DNA of 33,265 nt from a virus (taxonomy: Duplodnaviria > Caudoviricetes). Position 1 is the first letter of the stretch; every line of letters starts with the position of its first letter. This document shows, piece by piece, positions 16,431 through 25,915 of the stretch. The position numbers were made by a program, and so were the translations under genes. The notes under the pieces were generated by a model, which was not told the DNA's origin, made no database searches, and worked only from the letters and a program-made list of their open reading frames with translations. The DNA is taken from IMG/VR virus record IMGVR_UViG_3300031519_000114, positions 1-33,265 of that record. One strand, given 5' to 3'.

Positions 16431-19400
16431 AAATTTATAATAAAATTATATATGATATAAATGATAATATCATTGAAGAAGATTCGTATGAATATTATGG
16501 AGAATTAACTCAATGTGATGTTGTAGTAGATACTGTTACAGATGTATTAGGAAGTGATATAGGTCAATTAGCTTTAACAATAGCTGTTGCTATTTATGCA
16601 CCTCAAATGGTTGGTTATTTAAGTGGCATGGGAGTTAATCCTATGTTAGCAAGAGTTATAGTTGCAGTTGGTTCATCTTTAGTTATGGGTGCTATTGGAA
16701 AAGCATTGGCTCCAAAAGTTGATCCACCAAATTTCGGAACATCTCTACAACAAGGAGTAACTGTAACATCTAAATCTCCAACTCAACCATATAGAATTAT
16801 GTATGGTTCAACAAGAGTTGGTGGAACATTAGTTTATGGTCAAACAACATCTGATACAAATGAATTTTTACATTTAGTAATTATTTATGCTGGTCATGAA
16901 GTAGATGATATTTCTTCAATATATCTAAATGATGATATAGTTAGTTTAGAAACATCTTCTAATGATAGTAATGGTATTCCTATTTATACTCCTACAAGTA
17001 GTGATCAGTATAGTGGTAAATTACAAATTAAAAAACATTTAGGTAATGACGATCAGTTAGCTGATGCAAATTTAGTAGCTGATGTTACTCAATGGACTAC
17101 CAATCATAAAATTAGTGGTAAGACATATTTATATGCTAAATTAACATTTGATTCTGATGTTTATCCTAATGGTGTTCCAAATATATCGGTAATCTTAAAA
17201 GGAAAAAAATTATATGATCCAAGAGCAACTAGCTTTACTGCTTCTTCTGGCACTGTATCTACATCTGCTAACACTATTACCCTATCTTCGCATGGGCTTT
17301 CTACTTTTGACAGGGCTACTTATGACGTTAATGGCAACACTGCTATTGGTGGTTTAAGTAATGGTTCAACTTATTATGTAATTAAAGTAGATGCTAATAC
17401 AATAAAGTTAGCAACTAACTATACAAATTGCCTTGCAGGAACTCCAATTAGCTTAACATCAGTTTCAGGAAGCACTACACAAAAATTTAATTTTACAACT
17501 TTTTCTGATAATCCAGCTTTAGTAATAAGAGATTATCTTACTGATACTCGTTATGGAATGTCAGCAGGATCAAGTGAACTTAATGATTCAAATTTTCAAA
17601 GTGTAGCAAATACTTGTGATGAAAGTGTTACTGTTGCAAACCCATCAGGAACAGAAAAAAGATTTACTTGTAATGGAAGTTTTCAATTATCACAATCTCC
17701 TAAAATAATTATAGAAAATCTACTAACCACTATGGGTGGTTTTATGGTTTATTCTAATGGGCAATTTAAAATTGTTCCAGCAACATATTCTAATCCAACT
17801 GTATCTCTTAATGAAATATATTTAAGAAGTGGATTACAAGTTAATACAAGAATAAGTAAAAAAGAATTATTTAATGCTGTTAAGGGTGTTTATTCTGAAC
17901 CAGCAAATGATTATCAACCACAAAATTATCCATTTTTAACTAGCTCTGCATTTGAATCAGAAGATAATAGTGAAAGAATTTATGGAACATTTGATTATCC
18001 TTTTACAAACTCTAGTAGAATGTGTCAAAGATTATCAAAAATTCAACTATTAAAAGCAAGACAACAAATAAGTTTTAGTGCTGTTTTTAATTTAGAAGCC
18101 TTTCAATTAAATGTTGGAGATACTGTTAATATTTCTCATGCAAGATTTGGTTGGACTAATAAAACATTTCAATTAGTTGATTGGGGTTTTCAAGTTGATA
18201 TGTCTAGTGGAAATTTATCAATAGCAACAGAATTTAGAGAAATAGCAAGTGCTGTTTATGATTTTGCTACAGGAGATTATTCTACTATTTCAAGTGGTAA
18301 AGCTACAAACTTACCTAAATCAACATCTGTATCTGCTCCAACAGCAATTACATTAACTGACGAACTGGTTTCTTATAATGATGGAACTGTAATCGTAAAA
18401 CTTGTTATTGAATTAACTGAAGCAACAGATAACTTTACAGAATTATATGAAATAGAAATTAAACAATTAACTGACGCAGATGGTGTTGCTGTTACTGATG
18501 ACTTTAAACAAATTGGTAGAGGTGCTAGATTAAGTTATGAATTTTTAAATGTAATTGACAAAGCAAGTTATCAAGTAAGAGCAAGAGGTGTTAATATTTA
18601 TGGAGTTAATTCTTCAACTATAACTGCAACTCATACTGTTATTGGTTTATCTGCTCCACCACCTAATGTTGAAAATTTTGCTTGTAATATTGTTGGACAA
18701 GATGCTTTTTTAAGTTGGGATCCAGTAGATGTTTTAGATTTAAGTTATTATGTAGTCAACTTTTCTTCAGTAACTTCTGGTGCTGAATGGTCAAACTCTG
18801 TTCCATTAGTTACTAAAATTTCAAGACCTGGAACTTCTATTACTGTACCTGCAAGAGTTGGCTCTTATCTGATAAAAGCAGTTGATAAATTAGGTGGTTA
18901 TAGTATTGACGCAACTATAATAGCAACTGACATTGCCGCAATAGGTAATTTTAATGAAATTACAACAAATACACAAAACCCAGCATTTTCAGGAACCAAA
19001 ACAAATGTTGTTAGAAATACTGATGATGGAACTAATTTTTATTTAACTTTAAATTCAACTGAACTTTTTGATTCAGCAAGTGGTAATTTTGATTCAGTAA
19101 CATCACACAATTTTGATGGTGGCACACAAAATGATAATGTAGTAGCTTCAGGAACTTATCTTTTTAGTGATATGCCTATTGATATTGGTTCTGCTTTTAC
19201 TGCAAGAATAACTGCAAATATAACTCAAACATCAACAGATAGAGATAGATTATTTGATAATGTTGCTGGTTTATTTGATGACCAATTATCTAACTTTGAT
19301 GGAGATGCTCCGTCTGACTGTAGATCAATTATACAAATTTCTACATCAGATGATAATGTTACATATACAGCTTTTAGAAATTTTAGTGTTGGTGACTACA

Positions 19401-19726
19401 CAGCAAGATATTATAAATTTCAATTATTAATGCAATCAGATGATTTAGGTTCTACACCTTTAGTTAGTGTTTTAAGTGTTACTGTTGATATGGAAGATAG
19501 AATAACGTCTGGATCAGATGTGGTTAGTGGAACAAGTACAAAAACAGTTACTTATCCTATAACTTACAAAATTGTGCCAGCACTTGGAGTAACTGCACAA
19601 AATATGACAACAGGAGAAGCATATGCAATAACAAATAAATCAACAACTGGTTTTCAAATTGCTTTTACTAATTCAGGTGGTTCTGGAGTATCAAGAACAT
19701 TTGATTATATTGCAAAAGGATATTGA
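16427..19726 (+). CDS. Central tail fibre / host specificity protein (gpJ/Tal-like, Fn3-like domains), 1099 aa
   Basis: RIMYGSTRVGG, KGKKLYDPR...SDNPAL..RDYL, LNVGDTV, YQVRARGVN and YLIKAVD motifs. Confidence 0.88.
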   Translation: MKIYNKIIYDINDNIIEEDSYEYYGELTQCDVVVDTVTDVLGSDIGQLALTIAVAIYAPQMVGYLSGMGVNPMLARVIVAVGSSLVMGAIGKALAPKVDPPNFGTSLQQGVTVTSKSPTQPYRIMYGSTRVGGTLVYGQTTSDTNEFLHLVIIYAGHEVDDISSIYLNDDIVSLETSSNDSNGIPIYTPTSSDQYSGKLQIKKHLGNDDQLADANLVADVTQWTTNHKISGKTYLYAKLTFDSDVYPNGVPNISVILKGKKLYDPRATSFTASSGTVSTSANTITLSSHGLSTFDRATYDVNGNTAIGGLSNGSTYYVIKVDANTIKLATNYTNCLAGTPISLTSVSGSTTQKFNFTTFSDNPALVIRDYLTDTRYGMSAGSSELNDSNFQSVANTCDESVTVANPSGTEKRFTCNGSFQLSQSPKIIIENLLTTMGGFMVYSNGQFKIVPATYSNPTVSLNEIYLRSGLQVNTRISKKELFNAVKGVYSEPANDYQPQNYPFLTSSAFESEDNSERIYGTFDYPFTNSSRMCQRLSKIQLLKARQQISFSAVFNLEAFQLNVGDTVNISHARFGWTNKTFQLVDWGFQVDMSSGNLSIATEFREIASAVYDFATGDYSTISSGKATNLPKSTSVSAPTAITLTDELVSYNDGTVIVKLVIELTEATDNFTELYEIEIKQLTDADGVAVTDDFKQIGRGARLSYEFLNVIDKASYQVRARGVNIYGVNSSTITATHTVIGLSAPPPNVENFACNIVGQDAFLSWDPVDVLDLSYYVVNFSSVTSGAEWSNSVPLVTKISRPGTSITVPARVGSYLIKAVDKLGGYSIDATIIATDIAAIGNFNEITTNTQNPAFSGTKTNVVRNTDDGTNFYLTLNSTELFDSASGNFDSVTSHNFDGGTQNDNVVASGTYLFSDMPIDIGSAFTARITANITQTSTDRDRLFDNVAGLFDDQLSNFDGDAPSDCRSIIQISTSDDNVTYTAFRNFSVGDYTARYYKFQLLMQSDDLGSTPLVSVLSVTVDMEDRITSGSDVVSGTSTKTVTYPITYKIVPALGVTAQNMTTGEAYAITNKSTTGFQIAFTNSGGSGVSRTFDYIAKGY

Positions 19727-19773
19727 TTAACTTAATTAACTATGATAAAGAAACAACAAAGGTAATATAAAAT

Positions 19774-21054
19774 ATGGCAACTCACGATTATGTAATAGCG
19801 AATCAGGGATTTCCTGCATTTCGTTCTGATTTAAATGATGTACTTCAAGCAATAGTATCAAATAATTCAAATGCTACTGCTCCTAGTACAACTTATGCTT
19901 ATCAAATGTGGTATGAAACAGATACTAATAATTGGTATATGCGTAATGCAGATAATGATGCTTGGATAACTTTAGCAACCTTTAATCAAACTAATGATAC
20001 AGTAAATTTTATAGATTCATCTACAACAGTTGCAGGTATATCTACATCAGCTTCGGCAACAGTTTTAACATTAGCAAATGGTGTTGTTGCTATTAATCCA
20101 GCAGGATATGTTTCAGTTGGTGGTGCGGCAACTCAATCAGGAGAAATAAGATTTTTAGAAGATACAGATAATGGAGCAAATTATGTAGCAGTTAAATCTC
20201 CAACAGCAAATGTTGCTGGAGCAAACTTTACTTTAACACTTCCAGAAATAACTGGAGATGTTATTGCAGGAAAAACTCAAGCAACAAACTTTACAGACAG
20301 TTTATTAGTTGGTCATGCAACATCAGGAACTTTAAGTGGTGCTAGTTATAATACTGGAGTAGGAATTGAGGCTTTAGATGCTTTAACAAGTGGTACTTCT
20401 AATGTTGCTATGGGTTATAGAGCTTTAAGCAAAACAACAGATGGTCTAAAAAATACAGCAATAGGTAGATATGCTTTATTTGATGTAGTGAGTGGAGAAA
20501 GTAATACAGCTATTGGAGATACTAGTGGATTTAATGTAACTGGAGATAAAAATATTACTATTGGTTGGCAATCTGGAGATAATATTACAAGTGGAGATGG
20601 TAATGTAATTATTGGAAATGTAGATGCTGATAGTGCAACTGGTAACCAACAATTAAAAATTGCTGACGGAGTAGATGGTTCAGTAGCTTGGATTTCTGGA
20701 GATAGTAACGGACAAGTTAAATTAATTTCTGGTTATGTTTTAGAAGTAGCTTTAACAGATGCTTCAACTATTACTTGGAACGCAGCAACTCAACCAGTTG
20801 CAAAAGTAACTTTAACTGCAAACAGAATTATGGGATTACCAGCTAATCCAGTAAGTGGTCAATTTATATCATTACTTATTATTCAAGATGGAACTGGTAG
20901 CAGAACTATAACTTGGAACGCAGCATACGAATTTGCTCTTGACACAGCACCGACATTAACAGCAACAGCTAATCTTGGCGACTTATTTACCTTTAGATAT
21001 AATGGTGCAAAGTGGTTAGAGGTTGGAAGAAATTTAGCATTAACATTATCATAG
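19774..21054 (+). CDS. Tail fibre protein with NTAIG-type beta-roll repeats
   Basis: N-terminal HDYVIANQ..FRSDLN anchor; ~14-aa repeats (NTGVG, NVAMG, NTAIG x2, NITIG, NVIIG); C-terminal QDGTGSRTITW domain. Confidence 0.82.
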   Translation: MATHDYVIANQGFPAFRSDLNDVLQAIVSNNSNATAPSTTYAYQMWYETDTNNWYMRNADNDAWITLATFNQTNDTVNFIDSSTTVAGISTSASATVLTLANGVVAINPAGYVSVGGAATQSGEIRFLEDTDNGANYVAVKSPTANVAGANFTLTLPEITGDVIAGKTQATNFTDSLLVGHATSGTLSGASYNTGVGIEALDALTSGTSNVAMGYRALSKTTDGLKNTAIGRYALFDVVSGESNTAIGDTSGFNVTGDKNITIGWQSGDNITSGDGNVIIGNVDADSATGNQQLKIADGVDGSVAWISGDSNGQVKLISGYVLEVALTDASTITWNAATQPVAKVTLTANRIMGLPANPVSGQFISLLIIQDGTGSRTITWNAAYEFALDTAPTLTATANLGDLFTFRYNGAKWLEVGRNLALTLS

Positions 21055-21061
21055 GAATATT

Positions 21062-21679
21062 ATGTACGCATTAGTAACAGATGGAACAATTACAAAATAC
21101 TTTAACAATCCTAAAGGCTTTACTCTAGGAGATTTACAGTACCCAGCAGATATATTTATGAAATGGTCTGTAGAAGAAAAAGAAGCTATTGGAATTTATG
21201 AAGTAGTATATGACAACTCAAACTTTAAAGATGAGAAATGGTACATTAATACTAATCAATCTTTTGCTTTTGCTGATGATACAGTTACAGCTTCATATGG
21301 AACTGCTACTGCTAAAGCACACGCAGATACTTTATGGACACAAACAGATTCAGATGATGGAGATTTACCAAGTGACAAATCAGTTGGTGATATTAAAATT
21401 AGAGGATTAAAATATAATTTAATACAAACTTTAAAATCACAAGTAGCTAATGAACTTGCTAGAACTGATTGGTACATAACTAGAAACGCAGAAAAATCTA
21501 CTGCTATACCTAGTGCTATATCTACTCACAGAGATGCAGTTAGAACTAAACAAGCAAGTATGGAAACTGCAATTACAAATGCAAGTGATACTCCAGCATT
21601 AGAAACTTTATACACTTACACAACAACAGATGATGTTCAGTCAAGACCATTAGGCGAACTACCAACATTGGAGATTTAA
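21062..21679 (+). CDS. Tail fibre-associated protein / assembly chaperone
   Basis: LARTDWYITR...HRDAVR helical motif typical of fibre-associated proteins; lies within the fibre cluster. Confidence 0.65.
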   Translation: MYALVTDGTITKYFNNPKGFTLGDLQYPADIFMKWSVEEKEAIGIYEVVYDNSNFKDEKWYINTNQSFAFADDTVTASYGTATAKAHADTLWTQTDSDDGDLPSDKSVGDIKIRGLKYNLIQTLKSQVANELARTDWYITRNAEKSTAIPSAISTHRDAVRTKQASMETAITNASDTPALETLYTYTTTDDVQSRPLGELPTLEI

Positions 21680-23103
21680 TGTCTTTAATTATACCAGCAA
21701 ACACTTTAGCTTCTGGTGGATTTGCAGTAGCTAACTCATGTAGGTTTAATATTGCAAGTAGTGATAACTTATCAAGAACTCCAAGTTCAGGAAGTAATAG
21801 AAAAACTTTTACTATTTCTATGTGGGTTAAAGGTACAACTACAACTACTCAAACTTTAATGAGTGCTGGAGAAACATCTGGTGCTTATACTTTTAATGTT
21901 CAATGGGATAGTAGTAAATTAAGCATAATAGGTAATGCAGATAGTTCTAGTATTATGAATTTAAAGACAACTAGATTATTTAGAGATTTTTCAGCTTGGT
22001 ATCATTTTGTTTTAGCCTTTGATACAACACAAGGAACAGATACTAACAGAGTTAAAGTTTATGTAAATGGAGTACAAGAAACATCATTTTCTACTAGCAC
22101 TTATCCTAGTCAAAATACCAATATACAAATAAATAATAATACTCCACATTCATTCGGTAAAAGTGCTGTAAATAATCAATTTTGGGGTGGTTACATGGCA
22201 GAGTTAATTTTAATTGATGGTTCAGCTTTAGCACCTACAGACTTTGGAGAATTTGACGAAGATAGTGGAATATGGAAACCAATAAATGTATCTGGTTTAA
22301 CCTTTGGCACAAATGGATTTTATTTAGACTGTGAAGATAGTTCAGCTTTAGGTGCTGACGTATCTGGTAACACTAATAACTTCACAGTTAATAACCTTAC
22401 AGCTATTGACCAGACAACTGATACACCTACTAATAATTTTGCAACATTAAATCCTTTAAATCAAATAAGTTCAGTAGCATATAGTGAGGGTAATTTAAAA
22501 TTTACAAATTCATCAAGTACAAATAGATTAGCATTTGCAAATTTTGTTATGACACAAGGTAAATGGTATTGTGAAATGAAAATAACTGAACATAATACTA
22601 ATTATACTCATATAGGACTAAGAAATATTGGAAGTTACACATTAACTAATGCTTATGTTAATGACCCAACAAATGAAAAAGTATCTTATTTAAATGGTGG
22701 TGGAACATCTAGTGCTGGTAGAGTTTTTATACATGGTGGAACAGAAACAGATAATATGCCTTCTTATACAAGTGGAGATATAATTGGAATGGCTTGTGAT
22801 ATGGATAATGGATATTTATATTACCATAAAAACGGCACTTATATAAATTCTGGAAACCCAGCAAGTGGTGGTAGTGGAAGTGGTGGTTTTGATATTTATA
22901 ATCATGGTAATGTTGATTATTGTTTTGCTGTAAGTAATAAAGATGGTGGAACTGATCCTGTTATTGATGCAAACTTTGGTTCTCCATCTTTTGCAATCTC
23001 ATCAGGTAACACAGATGGTAATGGCTATGGAAACTTTGAATACGCAGTTCCAAATTCTTACTTGTCACTCTGCACAGCTAACTTATCGGAGGTATTAGGC
23101 TAA
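21679..23103 (+). CDS. Concanavalin A/LamG-like plus SPRY-like domain virion protein
   Basis: TISMWVK, AWYHFV, VKVYVNG (LamG); GKWYCE, GDIIGMACDMDNG, NFG (SPRY). Confidence 0.82.
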   Translation: MSLIIPANTLASGGFAVANSCRFNIASSDNLSRTPSSGSNRKTFTISMWVKGTTTTTQTLMSAGETSGAYTFNVQWDSSKLSIIGNADSSSIMNLKTTRLFRDFSAWYHFVLAFDTTQGTDTNRVKVYVNGVQETSFSTSTYPSQNTNIQINNNTPHSFGKSAVNNQFWGGYMAELILIDGSALAPTDFGEFDEDSGIWKPINVSGLTFGTNGFYLDCEDSSALGADVSGNTNNFTVNNLTAIDQTTDTPTNNFATLNPLNQISSVAYSEGNLKFTNSSSTNRLAFANFVMTQGKWYCEMKITEHNTNYTHIGLRNIGSYTLTNAYVNDPTNEKVSYLNGGGTSSAGRVFIHGGTETDNMPSYTSGDIIGMACDMDNGYLYYHKNGTYINSGNPASGGSGSGGFDIYNHGNVDYCFAVSNKDGGTDPVIDANFGSPSFAISSGNTDGNGYGNFEYAVPNSYLSLCTANLSEVLG

Positions 23104-24149
23104 TGGCGATTATCGATAAACCATCAGATTATTTTGAAACAAAACTTTATACTGGTACAGGAAGTTCATTAGCTAATACAGGCGTTGGCTTTCAACCAGA
23201 TTTAACTTGGATTAAAGGTAGAAGTGGTGCAACAGAGCATGTATTAACAGATTCAGTAAGAGGAGTAACAAAAGAACTAAGTTCAAATGATAGTGGTGCA
23301 GAAGAAACTGTAGCACAAGGTTTAACAGCGTTTGGTTCAGATGGATTTACAGTTGGTACAGATGGCTCTTATAATACAAGTTCAGCAACATACGCAGCAT
23401 GGAATTGGAAAGCTGGAACATCATTTACTAATGACTCAAGTGCAACTGGAATAGGAAGTCTTGATAGTACAGCAAGTGTAAATACTACAAGTGGTTTTTC
23501 TATTGTAAAATATACAGGAGCTGGTGGAACTCAAAGTGTGGCTCATGGTTTATCTAGTGTTCCTAAATTTATTCTAACAAAAAAATATTCTGGTGCGGCA
23601 GAAGGTTGGGGTGGTTATCACTCTAGTTTAGGTAATAACCAAATAATAAAATTACAAACAACTGACGCAACAGAAACTAATACGGCAATATGGAACGCAA
23701 CTACTCCTACTACATCTGTATTTTCTATTGGTGCAGATAATCGTTCTAATCAAAGTGGACAAACTGTAATAGCCTACTGCTTCGCAGAGAAAAAAGGCTA
23801 CTCAAAATTTGGAAGCTACATAGCAAATGCAAATGTTGATGGTACATTTGTTTATACAGGATTTAAGCCAGCATTTTTGATGATAAAAAATACTTCACAA
23901 GCAACGGATTGGATTATGTACGATAATAAAAGAGATGGTTATGAACCTCAAAATAAAGAATTTGCAACAAACTCAAGTGCTGTTGAAGCTAATGCAGAAG
24001 ATAACAATGTTCAATTTTGTGCTAATGGTTTTAAAAGTCGTAATACTGGAACAAAAACTAATGCTGATTCTGGAAATACTTTAATATATATGTGTTTCGC
24101 TGAACAACCTTTCGTAACATCAACTGGTGTACCAGCTACTGCTCGTTGA
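23103..24149 (+). CDS. Repeat-containing putative receptor-binding virion protein (YTG.G / GF.P..WIK repeats)
   Basis: Three related blocks: YTGTG..GFQPDLTWIK, YTGAG..HGLSSVPKFILTK and GSY..TGFKPAFLMIK. Confidence 0.75.
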   Translation: MAIIDKPSDYFETKLYTGTGSSLANTGVGFQPDLTWIKGRSGATEHVLTDSVRGVTKELSSNDSGAEETVAQGLTAFGSDGFTVGTDGSYNTSSATYAAWNWKAGTSFTNDSSATGIGSLDSTASVNTTSGFSIVKYTGAGGTQSVAHGLSSVPKFILTKKYSGAAEGWGGYHSSLGNNQIIKLQTTDATETNTAIWNATTPTTSVFSIGADNRSNQSGQTVIAYCFAEKKGYSKFGSYIANANVDGTFVYTGFKPAFLMIKNTSQATDWIMYDNKRDGYEPQNKEFATNSSAVEANAEDNNVQFCANGFKSRNTGTKTNADSGNTLIYMCFAEQPFVTSTGVPATAR

Positions 24150-24161
24150 TGATTAAGAAAA

Positions 24162-24338
24162 ATGTTACCTGATAGTAGGCAAGAAGAAATTAATATTCTT
24201 TTTAAAAAAATTATACATACATTGATAATTATAAACATAATACTTGGAAGCATAACAATATATGACAAATTTATATATGTACCTGATACATCAATTAAAA
24301 CTAGATATATAAACGCACTATATCCAGACGAAGTTTAA
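24162..24338 (+). CDS. Small single-TM protein (58 aa, not in ORF track)
   Basis: MLPDSRQEEINILFKKIIHTLIIINIILGSITIYDKF...; weak RBS. Confidence 0.45.
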   Translation: MLPDSRQEEINILFKKIIHTLIIINIILGSITIYDKFIYVPDTSIKTRYINALYPDEV

Positions 24339-24380
24339 GGCTTAAATCTAACATTCGGATATTATAATATAGCAATAGGG

Positions 24381-24409
24381 TTTATATTTTTAAAAAAAAG
24401 TAGTATAAT
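24381..24409 (+). promoter_or_regulatory. Sigma70-like promoter, predicted leaderless transcript
   Basis: TTTATA-N17-TATAAT ending 5 nt before the GTG at 24415; no SD sequence. Confidence 0.55.
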
Positions 24410-24414
24410 AAGTT

Positions 24415-25164
24415 GTGAACAAAAAACCTAAAAAATCTATATTAATTTGTATTCCTAGTTTTGATACAAAAATACATTTAGAAACTATATCATCAATTAT
24501 TTCTATAAGAGATATATTATTACAAAATAATATTGGTATTAGTATAATGTGGTTAAGAGATAGTTTAATAACAAGAGCAAGAAACAAATTAGTAAAACAA
24601 TTTTTAGATACAGATCATACTCATTTATTTTTTATAGATGCTGATATAAGTTTTACACCAGATGATTTTATAAGAGTTTTAAATTTAAACAAACCAATAT
24701 CTACTGCACCTTATCCAATTAAAAATGATAATAAGATTGAAGATGGAGATGCTAGTATGGGTTGGTGTGTTAATTTTCCTTTAGGTAAATATAATTTTAA
24801 AGATAACGACAATGGATATAAAGTTTGTGATTATGCAGGAACTGGTTTTATGTGTATTCAAAGAGATGTGTTTAAAACTATTTTAAAAAAGTATCCACAA
24901 ATAGAATATCTTACAGAAGTTAATGCTCAAAAAGAAGTTAAGGGTATTAAGGAATATGCTTTCTTTGATTGTGGAATACAAGGTCAAGGTATTTTAGAAG
25001 ATAAAGATAATACTAGAAGATATTTATCAGAAGATTTTTATTTTTGTGCTTTATGGCAACAATGTGGTGGAGAAATATGGACAGATATAACAAGTGAATT
25101 AAAACACATAGGTATTAAAACTTATGAAAGAAAACCAATAGCCAAAAGGTCTTATAAGAAATAA
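24415..25164 (+). CDS. GT-A fold (GT2-like) glycosyltransferase
   Basis: ILICIP, SLITRARN, HLFFIDAD (DxD), AGTGFMCI, YLSEDFYFC and LKHIG motifs. Confidence 0.85.
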   Translation: MNKKPKKSILICIPSFDTKIHLETISSIISIRDILLQNNIGISIMWLRDSLITRARNKLVKQFLDTDHTHLFFIDADISFTPDDFIRVLNLNKPISTAPYPIKNDNKIEDGDASMGWCVNFPLGKYNFKDNDNGYKVCDYAGTGFMCIQRDVFKTILKKYPQIEYLTEVNAQKEVKGIKEYAFFDCGIQGQGILEDKDNTRRYLSEDFYFCALWQQCGGEIWTDITSELKHIGIKTYERKPIAKRSYKK

Positions 25165-25165
25165 A

Positions 25166-25495
25166 ATGGATTCTTTTTTACCAATACATTTAGCCAAAAC
25201 AAAAGAAGAATTAATAGAAATAATATTAAAACAAGATTTAGAAATTCAAAAATTAAACAATCTTAATAAATTTATAAAGGGCAAACTAGAAGATTCATTA
25301 AAGGGAAATATTACTATTGATCCGATAGTTAATAGGATCATTAAAAAACATTTAGACAGACACAAAGAGGGAATGGATAATTTTGGTAAGACTATGAGTC
25401 AAAACACAAAACCATTCAAGCATTGGGTAAAGGAAGCACAAGAAGAATCAATGGACTTTATTCTATATCTAGAAAAAACATTAAATAAGGAATAA
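25166..25495 (+). CDS. Hypothetical protein, possible all-alpha NTP pyrophosphohydrolase (MazG-like) fold
   Basis: DPIV..I......R...G...FG.T...W...AQEESMD..LYLEK helical acidic motif; fold assignment is inference. Confidence 0.5.
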   Translation: MDSFLPIHLAKTKEELIEIILKQDLEIQKLNNLNKFIKGKLEDSLKGNITIDPIVNRIIKKHLDRHKEGMDNFGKTMSQNTKPFKHWVKEAQEESMDFILYLEKTLNKE

Positions 25496-25586
25496 AACTA
25501 TCAAAATATACCTGTTTAATCGACCATACAGACGTTTTAAGCGACATTAAATCAATTTATAGGTAAATATACATAGGAACAAAATT

Positions 25587-25715
25587 ATGGCTAAAAAATT
25601 CAAAGAATTTACGGTTCGTGACCAACCAACTAAAAGAGGGATTCATAAAAAGAGTCAGAATAAAAATGAAAAAAGACAAAAAAGTCAAAAGAGATATAAA
25701 GGGCAAGGTAGATAA
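25587..25715 (+). CDS. Small very basic protein ending RYKGQGR (42 aa, not in ORF track)
   Basis: AGGA RBS; 16 Lys/Arg in 42 aa; TAATG overlap with the next gene. Confidence 0.75.
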   Translation: MAKKFKEFTVRDQPTKRGIHKKSQNKNEKRQKSQKRYKGQGR

Positions 25716-25915
25716 TGATTAAAAATTTTAGAGATATAGTTATACTATTAATAACAAGTGGTGTGTTGATACTTCTTGGTGTTATTATTGTAGGCGATTA
25801 TTGGGTAGCACTAGAAGAAAATAGACCTGTTGATGAAAGTGTGATTACATTAATGAAGATGTCAGTTACAGGATTAATTGGAGTTATTGGTGGCTACATT
25901 GGTGGGAGTAAATAA
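25715..25915 (+). CDS. Two-TM membrane protein (holin candidate)
   Basis: Two hydrophobic segments; located in the lysis cluster. Confidence 0.6.
   Translation: MIKNFRDIVILLITSGVLILLGVIIVGDYWVALEENRPVDESVITLMKMSVTGLIGVIGGYIGGSK

Noticed and set aside
19774-24149. Diversity-generating retroelement or invertible tail-fibre switch
   Set aside because: No reverse transcriptase or invertase in the window, and I saw no near-identical template/variable repeat pair or flanking inverted repeats; a self dot-plot would confirm.
24147-24164. Stop-codon readthrough from the 348-aa gene into the in-frame 58-aa ORF
   Set aside because: Two consecutive TGA stops; TGA and TAG act as normal stops elsewhere, so there is no sign of recoding.
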